A stretch of 61,309 nucleotides of DNA, the filler included, from Hausera hauseri (taxonomy: Eukaryota): the NCBI GenBank assembly GCA_046269625.1. It is 7 parts of 7 records of this genome, joined end to end, with 100 filler letters (N's around TTAATTAATTAA, not from the genome) between each part and the next. Parts side by side here need not be neighbours in the genome. Positions count along the whole stretch, not along the records: positions 21,882 to 26,980 come from JBJURY010335604.1; positions 27,081 to 33,271 come from JBJURY010127428.1; positions 33,372 to 37,968 come from JBJURY010511683.1; 4 more parts are not named here. One strand, given 5' to 3'. Below the pieces are notes generated by a model that was given only the letters and a program-made list of their open reading frames with translations, made no database searches and had not been told where the DNA came from. Position 1 is the first letter of the stretch. Every line of letters begins with the position of its first letter. Position numbers and translations under genes: made by a program. Below are positions 24,161 to 34,799 of this stretch, piece after piece.

Positions 24161-25018
24161 ATGTCAAACTCAGGGCTAGGACAAAGCCTAGAAAGCAATT
24201 TATCAGGAATCATGGTGCTTCCAATGGACAAATACGAGGCTAAACTGGATCAGGACTATGCAGAATTTATCATGCAGTACGAGATGTACTCAGAGAGTTT
24301 CGGTTGGACAGACGAGCTCAGGATGAAGAGGCTTCCTTTGCATTTGAAAGGAATAGCACTTAGTGCTTATACACAAATAAAAGATGACGAAGATAAAGCT
24401 GATTGGGCTAGTCTTAAGGACGCTCTTGAGGAAAGGCTCTTAGTAGACCCGTCAGGAAAGGGTCGAATTGGAGAATTCAATAGAAGGCGTCAAAGGAAAG
24501 GCGAAACCGTGCAAGAGTTTGCATGTGCCCTTCAGAAATTGGCTCAGAGAGCTTATGTAGATGAAGATATAAGGCAAGATGCCCTCCTGGCTCAATTCTG
24601 TTATGGAGTTAATAAAGAAATACAGAATTATATTATCGTCGCTGACCCGGATACCTACAAAGAAGCTGTTAACAAGGCAAGGAAAATTGAAATGAACTAC
24701 GAGAGACTTGAAAGCGCGAAAAGGCCCTTTAAGAATGATGAAAAGAAACAGAAAAATTTTCAACAAAAGAAAAGTTTTTCAAAACCATTTCAGAAGCATC
24801 AAAATCAACCAGAGCAACAGACTCAGAAAAAAGTTACATGGCAAAAGCCACCTCAGAATAACTGGCAGAATCAACCCCAAAAATCTGCAATGAGAAAACC
24901 CCCAATTAATCAGGATGGACAACCGTTGTGTTTCGCGCGTCAAAGATATGGACACATGGCTCGTTCCTGTCTTGGTCAAGGACAGTCAAGTCAAAAGAAA
25001 AAAAATTCGATATCGTAG
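24161..25018 (+). CDS. gag: Gag (retrotransposon capsid plus degenerate CCHC knuckle)
   Basis: LPLHLKGIALSAY, RRQRKGETVQEFACALQKLA, AQFCYG, CFARQRYGHMARSC (second Cys to Arg). Confidence 0.9.
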   Translation: MSNSGLGQSLESNLSGIMVLPMDKYEAKLDQDYAEFIMQYEMYSESFGWTDELRMKRLPLHLKGIALSAYTQIKDDEDKADWASLKDALEERLLVDPSGKGRIGEFNRRRQRKGETVQEFACALQKLAQRAYVDEDIRQDALLAQFCYGVNKEIQNYIIVADPDTYKEAVNKARKIEMNYERLESAKRPFKNDEKKQKNFQQKKSFSKPFQKHQNQPEQQTQKKVTWQKPPQNNWQNQPQKSAMRKPPINQDGQPLCFARQRYGHMARSCLGQGQSSQKKKNSIS

Positions 25019-25480
25019 GTAATGTGTCTGATACAAATAATGAGCACAAAACTACAGACACAGAACCCGAAGAAATAATTGAAAAATTACAAGAGAAGAT
25101 TAGGTCAAAACTAAAAGAGAGTAAAACTAATACGATAGAAGAGGAGGATAAGATAGCTGAATTAAAACAATTGGATCTTGAAATAAAGAGCAACAAACTT
25201 GTGAGAGAAGACAGAAGGTGAATGATGTTAAATCAATGATTGCTCCCCATGGTAAAGCTAAAAAGACTCCTGTATCAGAGTCGGATACCGAAAAAAAAGG
25301 TCGAAAAAAAAGGATAAGCCTCTGATACAAGAAGAGGAATTGAAGACTCCGGAACTGAATCCCCCTTCGGGAAGTGAAAGTGGATAAAGTGAACTAAGTG
25401 GCGAAAGTGAACCCAAAGAGAAAGTGAAAAGAATGAGGAAGAAGAAAATAAAATAAAAATCTCCAAATTATGAGTCATCT

Positions 25481-26008
25481 GTGGATTTGGATCAAGATGG
25501 TAAAGAAATAGTTCGGAAAATATTAAACTACACTAATCAAGAATTAATCGATGGCACCCAATTTAAACAAGATATCTCAATGTTGTTGTCACCAACAGTT
25601 AGGCATCAACAGTTTGCTAATTTATTGGATTTGTTATTGATGTATGCCGCTGGCACAAGCCCATACCAGAATGTCGTACGGTATATAATTTATCGTTATG
25701 CAGACCGGGTAAGAATAGTCGGAGAAAATCCCGAAGTAATGGTTACCCTCAAACAATATAATCAAGATTTTCAGATTTTTAGAATGAAATCGCTAGACAC
25801 AATATCTATGTTAAAGTACCGAATTAATGAAATAAATCAACCTCAAGGTAAACTAGAACTACGCTTTTATGGACAAACGCTGATAGATTATGAAACCTTG
25901 TACGAAGTAGGAATTTGGGAAAACCGGTATAATCCTATATGTATTTCTTATAGGCAATCAGAACAAGAGGTAATTGATGAGATTATAACTGATGTTAGGC
26001 GAAAATAA
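25481..26008 (+). CDS. Post-gag polyprotein fragment containing a ubiquitin-like domain (~25739-25950)
   Basis: MVTLKQ...DTISMLKYRI...LELRFYGQTLIDYETLYEVGI versus ubiquitin DTIENVKAKI...[20 protein letters not shown]. Confidence 0.7.
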   Translation: MDLDQDGKEIVRKILNYTNQELIDGTQFKQDISMLLSPTVRHQQFANLLDLLLMYAAGTSPYQNVVRYIIYRYADRVRIVGENPEVMVTLKQYNQDFQIFRMKSLDTISMLKYRINEINQPQGKLELRFYGQTLIDYETLYEVGIWENRYNPICISYRQSEQEVIDEIITDVRRK

Positions 26009-26980
26009 ATACAAGGCTGAACATCAATATCAGACTCAACCGGTAGAGGTAGGAATGAATATACCTATATCGGAACAGGTACAAACAGATAAAAAAGGTC
26101 GTGGAAGACCAAAAGGAACAACAAAACTGTATCAATTAAAAGGCAGAAAAGCTCGAGATGATGAAGTTGTTCGAAGATTATTAACAACGGAAGATGAATA
26201 CGACGTAGACAATGTATCGTTGACAACATTGTTGCAAACTTTGTTAGCACGAATGCATAATGCTTTTGTCGAATTTAATACGAACTTACAGATACCAGAG
26301 CCATTAATGCAAAGTATCAAAAATGAAATCGCAAAGATTAGTGAACAGTTTGCAGACATCCCTACAGATGAGAGGATAAATGAAATTCAAGAGAGGGATA
26401 TCTTATCAAGAATGATGGGAACGGGTATATCTCGAAATAAAATTATAACAGCCATATCTTACCTCTTATACAAAATAATGGTGATGAATGGTGAAAATCC
26501 AAACCAAGAAGAAATAGAGAGAAACATTGAGATTGCTACAAGGGCATTGAAAACTAATGTAGAAGGATGGGTGAAATGTAGAGGAGGATGGATTACCAGT
26601 CTGGTTCATGCCGCAATACATGAATCGGTTCCAACTATACAACGAACAGAACATTTTTCACCTCAACAACCAGAGAGGCAACGAAATATACAACCAGACC
26701 TTGACTTATCATGGTTAACTAAAGTTATACCTATTCTCCTCTTGTTTAGCCTTATGCCAAAAGCACTTTCAATCATTGCTTATGACTGTAGTCAAGCTAA
26801 GGAAGGACCAATATATTCCTTACTGGACCTGGAGAAATGTCCGTTTGCTAATCCGGCTTTATTAACAACAAAAACGGATAAGACATATTATGTTTATCAA
26901 GAATCGGAGTTTGTGAAAACAAAAGTGAAAGAATGTTTTGTCAGGAAGAATCACTTCCATTTCATTTGTGGATACTGGTA
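25992..26980 (+). CDS. env: AT-hook and helical region, signal peptide, and N-terminus of a chuvirus-like glycoprotein (partial)
   Basis: KKGRGRPKG; VIPILLLFSLMPKALS followed by IIAYDC...YSLLDLEKC...VYQ...ECFV...FICG, the characteristic start of chuviral-type glycoproteins. Confidence 0.8.
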
Positions 26981-27080
26981 NNNNNNNNNNNNNNNNNNNN
27001 NNNNNNNNNNNNNNNNNNNNNNNNTTAATTAATTAANNNNNNNNNNNNNNNNNNNNNNNNNNNNNNNNNNNNNNNNNNNN
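26981..27080. other. Artificial contig linker
   Basis: N44-TTAATTAATTAA-N44. Confidence 0.98.
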
Positions 27081-29782
27081 ATTATCGACCCCAAGTAATC
27101 TAACGAATAATAAGATAATCTGTATAAGTAGTGTTTCTTGCTCGCATCACCTTTTTTGTACCATTTGTATCTTAACAGGAGATTTTTGATAATAGACTCT
27201 CTGTTATTACTCACGTAGTTTCAGTTTTGAAATCGAACTCACTATAAGGCTAAGACTAGCCCGATTTTCAGTCTGTTAAATTAAACCAAAAATGCATATC
27301 ATAAAATTAACAATATTAATAATGTTTATTCTAATAATTTTAAAGTGTCTGTTTAATAAAAATATTAATAACTCTGTCGCTTTTTTACATTTGAAAGAAA
27401 GTAACTTCAATAAAAATTAAATTTAAATTGATTTTGATTTTATAATTTTTAAATCCACTGATAACGTCATAAATGATTCTTAACTCTGCAATAACTAAAT
27501 TCAGTGTCATATCAATAGAATCTCATTAAAGTGGATAAATTTATGAATCGATCGTTGTACGGTTTACTAATGAGTATACTTGTAATTAATGATTAATGAC
27601 ATTCGATGAAGGGGATGTTGTTCAATCCTTACTAATTCTGGTCGGGAAAATATTGTTAATAATAATTTCGTGTAGAATTAATGGAGAGAACAGGTTTACA
27701 TCCTTTTACTTTAAACGCGAAATTAACGGGTGAAGCAGATGCAAGAACCTCACCTGACCTTAACCTATATATTAATGTGTAGGGGTCGGTGGCCGTGAGG
27801 GCTGATTTTGACTTTATCCCTTACTGTTTTACTTGGCACTTGATTACTTGTTTAAACAGGCTGCCATCACGTAGGTTTGATGTGGTCGGCGATGATTCCA
27901 ACGTTACTTAGTGTGGTTAACTAATTAAATACCGTATTTATGGAAATACTATAAACGCTAATAAGTCTCTAACGCAAAAATAAAAATGTAATTGATGAGA
28001 TTAAAAGTTCAAATATGAATATCATAAAAATAGTACCAGTAGACACTAATAGATTAACAAACAAATCTAATGTAATATCTAAGACCTACTAAAGAATCAA
28101 GCGATATCATACAAAGTCTAGTTAAGTTTGGTTACTGTTTGAACCCAAAACCGATCACTTATTTATAGTACAAATTTTCCATGCTATTAACGTGAGTAAA
28201 TAAAATAATATGACAAGCAAATAAAATAATGTGCAATATACCAAGGAAAATACACGTAAAATAATTAATTTCATGGAATCACCAAGATTAGTCAAGTAAT
28301 TTCGATCAGTCAACAAAATTATTTACATTTTTTATTTAAGATCACCGTACAGTCAGGTAATATTTATTTTCAAATTTTCTATGTTTATTTTCTTTTAGAT
28401 TCAAGCAATATGATAATAAGCCAAATATTAAATCATGTATAAATTAAATTGAGATTCTTCACAATATTAGAATTAGAAAAATATTTAAGTTAAATTCCGT
28501 TACGCACATTTATTAAACTATATAATTTTTCGACGGTTTCATTTTGATTTGTACAAATAATTTTTACAAAATACAACATTATATATCGAATTAACTTATT
28601 CTGAATTTCGTTAAATCTTAAAATTCAATTTGATACTTTGAAATTAATATTTTACTAATCGACTTTAAATGATTTTTTGTCGAATATATTTGACAAAATA
28701 TAAAAATCCATATCAATCCAATTTAAGTTAAATTTAATATTTAAACTTAGGTTTAAATATTGAAATTTCGAAAATATGAATTTGTTAAGTTCGAAGAGTG
28801 GCGAGGCACACTTTTCGACTCACCCTTAATTTATAAAAGTTTAAACACCCGAACCCTATCGGATAGGATACCAAAATGAGGCCCTGGATTTTATTGATAA
28901 ATTAACTTTTATATTAGTTTAATAATGAGAAATTAAACGATACTCAAAATCAGAGTCGATCTCTATCAAACAAAAGAGATTAAATGGAAAATTGTAATTA
29001 ATAAATTATACTGAGTCTTAACTCTAAATTCAGTCTAAATGTCAGATAGTTCTCCAGATTTTGATCCATCAAAATCGACTGAACAACCGGTATCTATTAC
29101 AGGTAAGGCAAAAAATGAAATAAAAATCTTCATTGAACAAAAATGAAAAACTAATCATACAATTTCCAACAATGCAAAATATAAGATTAAATGAAGATTA
29201 ATAAATGAGACAAAGACTTACATCCATCATACAGCATACTTTAGTGTTGAACAAAACAGTGTGTCGGTGAACTTATTATGTCACTTGTATTTATACTATT
29301 TGGATACCACACAAAATATGAAAAGTAAATAGATGAAATAAAGTTTTTGACCATTTTGACAAAATATTCCGCACCATCGAAGATCGCATAGCAAATCAGA
29401 ACTAAAAATGTACTTTTGTCAAATCGCCAATTAGTTAGGCCACACCGATTGATCACCAATGTGAAATTATGTCTGCAAACTGCCATTGAACATAATTCGA
29501 TTAAAAGTTTTTGGCGCCAGTTGATTCGACAAACTGGTGAAGCTTAAAATTTCTTATACCTTAACAATTTCTGTGACGAATCACAAAAGTTGAAAATATT
29601 AAATTAAGCCTAATTGGAAAGGATATCAGTATTTTCCATCATTTCTATTAAACAATCAATTTCTGAGTATAATAAATAATGTTTTTATTTCGAAAAATAA
29701 AAGTCCAAATGAAATCACAGAAAGAAATTATAATTTTATTTTAAACAAAACTGACCAATAAAACTGTCAAGTCAAAAAATAT

Positions 29783-30580
29783 TTAGACAATCTTTTCCAG
29801 ATCCTGTGCATATTGTAACATACTGTGCAAAACATCTAAATGAGGAAATGACTCGGTATTTGAGTTGTCCTTTTCATCAAAATTCACATTTCCATTTGAA
29901 TCACAAACCCAATTTCTGTCTTGTAAAAATTGTCGCACATCATTGTCGTCATTTAAATAAAGCATTTTCATCAGTGCCTGAGTTGATAAGGAATTGTAAG
30001 ATTTTTCCAAACAATCTGCAATTTCATTTCTTGTAGTATGACACAAAACTTTCATGAATACTGCAATCCTCGGAGAATTCACATTGAATTTGGATGAAAA
30101 CAATTCACGATACCATCCCTCCATGAGACACTGTTCAATTTTAATTGGAAATTCGATCGACTCGTTTCTTTTCTCCTCTAGTGACAAAAATTCCAATTCA
30201 GAATGGAATTGTGCCAATTTATTTTGAGAAAGTAAACGAAGTAAATTCAATCCAATCAGTTCACATTTGTGACTTTTGTATGGCAATTTATTTTTGATGT
30301 CGACATAGTAATACTGCAACTGATTGATGTAGTTTTCAAATAATGGAATATTCTCGGTTTCGATAGACCAAAATGCTCCAATTTCCAATATTTCTCTTGA
30401 TATGACTAACAATTGTTCTTCGGATAATTCACTGGAAATTGGTAAATCATTTATGAACATTACTTTTAACTTCAATGACATTAACATGTTTTCAATAAGT
30501 TGTAAATTCCTGTCTTTCTTATTCCATTCATTAACCAATTCTTGATATTCGGAAATGATGTTGGTGGATTCTTGAAACAT
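29783..30580 (-). CDS. PSMD8: 26S proteasome regulatory subunit Rpn12
   Basis: REILEIGAFWSI, LIGLNLLRLLSQNKLAQFHSELE, IEQCLMEG, RNEIADCLEKSY, YAQDLEKIV*; full length, intronless. Confidence 0.95.
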   Translation of the reverse strand: MFQESTNIISEYQELVNEWNKKDRNLQLIENMLMSLKLKVMFINDLPISSELSEEQLLVISREILEIGAFWSIETENIPLFENYINQLQYYYVDIKNKLPYKSHKCELIGLNLLRLLSQNKLAQFHSELEFLSLEEKRNESIEFPIKIEQCLMEGWYRELFSSKFNVNSPRIAVFMKVLCHTTRNEIADCLEKSYNSLSTQALMKMLYLNDDNDVRQFLQDRNWVCDSNGNVNFDEKDNSNTESFPHLDVLHSMLQYAQDLEKIV

Positions 30581-33271
30581 TTTGATTGTTGTTATTAGAA
30601 TATGATTTATGAAAATAATTTATTTAGAAACAAATAATTAAATATTAATATTTATGTTAGGGTTTGTTAACAATTAAGTCCAACAATAAAAATCCAAAGT
30701 TAGCACTCAGAATAATTAACAAAAAAATTTTCCAACTCAAATCAAAATTTTAAATGCAGCACAGCTTATTCTACCCAATCCAAATACAACATAACATTTA
30801 ATTTCGCAATTTTAAAATACTAATTTTTTCCAACTATTCGACAGAAATAATTTCCTCCAGCAGTTCAACCCAAAAGAGCAATTCGACATACAAAATGAAA
30901 TAGACTTTGATATTTATTCTGTAATTCAAAATAATTCAGTGCAGATAAAATAAAACTGACTGTGTGAATATTATTGTTATCAATAATAAATCCTTGATTG
31001 TATAAATGTCTTCTTCTTCTGATATTGTTAAACGCCTTGATGCGTATTCCGTCTATTTTCTGTTTCATGTACATTATTGTTAACCAAAAAGTGGCAAAAT
31101 AACTAATTAAGGGTTAATTAATAACCTTTTTGAAAGTATCTGATTTAATTTCAGATTATCTGATTGTTTGATACTCATTGTTCAATGTGTAGAAAAATAC
31201 GAGGATATTAGTTGTGGATTAAAGAAGTCCCAGAATGTTGGAGAACTTATTCTAATATTTGCAAATTATAAAAGCATAAAGAAAGAGGCATAAATGGTCA
31301 AAGTTTTAACTTAATGAAATTATATTTTGTACTTTGTTGACCGTAGATCTATGAGAAAAAGTAATTAAAAATATTGATGAGTCAGAAATTTCAAATACTT
31401 AATGCCAAATTGAATGATCAAGATGACATGGAGTGTTGTTTCTTTTTTAAAATTTAAATTTGTGATATTGTAACCTGAATTATTAAGTTGACATCAAGTG
31501 CCATTTGGATTTTGAAAATTGAAAATAACAATAGATAAAATGGTAGTTGAAGTTTGGAAAATCCAAACTTGAAGTATTGTTGAAATTTTGAAAATGTCAA
31601 TTAGAGTACCATCGAATTTGGGCAATCCAAAAACGGTAGTATATAAACTGCCAGTAATTGTAGATAACAACCATAATACATACTGAAAACTCTGATAGAA
31701 TTTTAATGAAGTTTTGGTTAATTTTCTTTGTTATTTTATTTTTGTCATTTTTGTTGTTGAAAATGAACGATGTTATAAATTAAATCAACAAGCCGCTGTT
31801 TTTATTCATTTGTAAATTTCGTTATTAATAATAAATATTTTTAAATTGTGAATTATAAATCATTTCTATTTTTAATTCAATTAATGCTTTAGACAAGTGA
31901 AGTATTTCAAAAGATTCAGCAAATATACTGATTAAATATCAAATGTGATTCATAGAAGAAGAAATTGAATGATAACATACATGAAAGGATGTGAATATTT
32001 TACGTTCATAAATTAAAAGGAAACGAGGTATATTGATGAATAGGCGCAGGTAACTTTGTTACCGAACCGCCATGAACCCATGAGAATATTAATTTTCAAC
32101 TTTTATGTTGGATATAATTAAACCAATATGGTGATATCCAAACATAAAATTGGTGGCCAAGATAGGGACATCCTCATTTGAATCATTTGGCAAGATTGGA
32201 AATTATTTATCATTATTGATAATGTGAGTGAAGATTACACAATAAATCAAATATCAAGACAACACTGACTGGAGAAAAGGAAGGAAAATTTTGTCAGAAG
32301 TACAAAATTCCTGAGCATAATGGGAAGACTTGAACAAGTGCTGAAAATCTCCAATCGCCTTATTTTGGCTTCCTTGCAAAATCTTTTCCCATATTGTTTG
32401 TCAAAATTATATTTTACATGTCTCACTGACTATTTGTTGTAAACCTCTGTGTGGCAGTAATAGATGGTAGATATTTTTGTAAAATAAATTCAAGTCCATT
32501 TTTTTCACAATTTTTAATTATTTATGGTGAATACGTAATCATATATTTTTATGTTGCAGTTTTGATGGGGAACGACATTAGAGGAGTAAAGAAAAAAGAT
32601 TTCTTAATTTCAAATTTCCTGAGGAATTTCGACGAACTTCTTAGCTTGTTGTATTTAAACTACAGTTCCGAATGCATCTACTCATTATATATACATGATA
32701 TACATATGGAAAATTATTTAGAAAAACGTTTATTATGAATAACTTGTTGCAGAATTAAAACTTCATTCATTCCATTCCTGGAAAGTACTGTGGAGTAGCT
32801 TTATGAAAGTCTTCTTGATGTTTGTGAAGAAAGTAATTCATTCAACCATTAGTCATTGGTATGGATTGAGACCCAAGTTGCAGGTTTCATAGTACTGTTG
32901 TCGGATTCCAGAACATAATATATTGATGTTTTGGATGATTTCCATTTGTTTTCATTCGAATGAAATAATTTTGACAGACTTTAACCGAATCACATATATT
33001 TTTTGACAAACAACATCGAGATAGTGCAGAATTTTTCGACAGGTCTTCGGCGGTTATACACAGAAATTCGTCAGGCAACATTTTCGTTTGTTGCAGTTAT
33101 GCGTGAGTATTTTAAAAACAGCATCACAACCGTTTATCATGCACGCATTTTTTCATCTTCAATTCCATATTTCTGTCCATAACGAGCAAGTCAGTGGTGC
33201 CCAAATTTCCATATTTCGACACAACTCATGTCGTTCCTATTGTGAGGTTTTCGGCTCTTGCGCCGGTGGGT

Positions 33272-33371
33272 NNNNNNNNNNNNNNNNNNNNNNNNNNNNN
33301 NNNNNNNNNNNNNNNTTAATTAATTAANNNNNNNNNNNNNNNNNNNNNNNNNNNNNNNNNNNNNNNNNNNN
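33272..33371. other. Artificial contig linker
   Basis: N44-TTAATTAATTAA-N44. Confidence 0.98.
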
Positions 33372-34162
33372 TTCAAATTAAGCAAAACGTGAATTTAAAG
33401 CCCAGTGAAGCGAAATCAATAAATCTAATAGCGGGAATTGATAGAAAGTAATGTATGGTGAATTGGAATATGATGTTATATATTCGAATTTGAGCTTCCA
33501 AATCGAATATTTAGCTATTTGAACTCGAATATTCGGTCCAGCATGCATTATTCGAAGAATCTGGTGGCTTTAATCGATTATACATGCGCGAAAACCTATA
33601 AGTCAATCAATATCGGCGCGGTACAGTGCACCGCGGTGTATTAAAACAAGGTTTAATAACAAGTAAAAAGTATATAAAAATACTAAGTAATTAAACGGTG
33701 CATATATCGATTGAAAAATTGACGGTGAAATTGGAGGTGAAGCACATTGAAATCAATAAATATAATAGTGCACGTAGGTAGGAAACAATATATGGTGAAT
33801 CTGAATCTGGTGATACATACTCGATTACATTATTCGAAATCAAATAATTGTCAATTCGAACTGAAAAAAAATCCATAATGTGTACGTTTTTCGAAGAACC
33901 TGACGAGCTCAATAGACTCCCATATATGAAAACTTTGATAAAATTTTAAATTCGGTGCGGAGAAATTTATGTATTTGATGCATTAAAACAAATTTTGGTA
34001 CATATATGCATGACATTGACAAGTCAAGTTCATCATGTAAACAAGTTTATGCAAATGATGCATTAAAACAAAGTGTTCTAGAATGTTCGAAAAAATCGAT
34101 AAACAAGGCAGTATGTCTTGACATGTCTACATATTTCATTATTTCCAAATTCATTTCCAAGA

Positions 34163-34797
34163 ATGGTAAGTTTTAAAATAACTGATTTGTTTAGATTTGC
34201 AACTTCTACAAATTTTGTATGGCGCAGAAACACAAGGAACAGAATTGCCAAAGTGTAATGCAGCACCATTTTGGATACCAACACAATAGAACTCAATACT
34301 ATGTATGTCCTGCATGTGAGGCAGTGTGCCGGACAGGTTACAAGGAATTTTACAACCAACATAAACAGCATCTGGATTCTTTCATAAAATTGAAGAAAAA
34401 AATATTCAACAATAATATGCCAATGACAACAAGTGTCCCAAAAGCAAATCAGATGTGCGGTTCCTATGCTTATTGCACATCCAAAGCACATAATCCGCAA
34501 CAGTGTCATGAAACGATGCAGCGGTATTATGGATACAAATCCAAAAATATCCAATATTATATATGTCCGGGATGCGAGACTGCATGCGGTGCAGATTACA
34601 TAGAGTTCTATTATGATAAGAAACATTATTTGAGTCACTTCGCATCAAAGTCAAGAAGGCCATCTATAATGAGTAATATAATATTGATGCATCTGCTTTG
34701 CTGTGTGATGCTTCGCATTATGATGCCTCGCACTATTCTGCCCCGCATTATGCTGCAGGATATGGTACAGCAGCTGCGAAACATACTAGAGAATTGA
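34163..34797 (+). CDS. Tandem zinc-finger repeat region N-terminal to pPolB
   Basis: Two units, each C-x5-C-x4-H-x4-C plus QYY(V/I)CPxC...H...H; ATG 34163 plus a possible 29-nt intron (34166-34194) joins ORF 34219 in frame. Confidence 0.6.
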
Positions 34798-34799
34798 AA

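Larger units (their letters stand above)
23204..26980 (+). mobile_element. 5' half of an env-bearing LTR retroelement (LTR-PBS-gag-UBL-AT-hook-glycoprotein), truncated by the contig end
   Basis: LTR end CA plus PBS, gag with Zn knuckle, downstream domains collinear with the Gypsy element of contig 6. Confidence 0.85.

Noticed and set aside
32740-33271. Possible C2H2-like fragment (CMINGCDAVF) on the minus strand
   Set aside because: Interrupted frames and an incomplete motif; no product can be supported.
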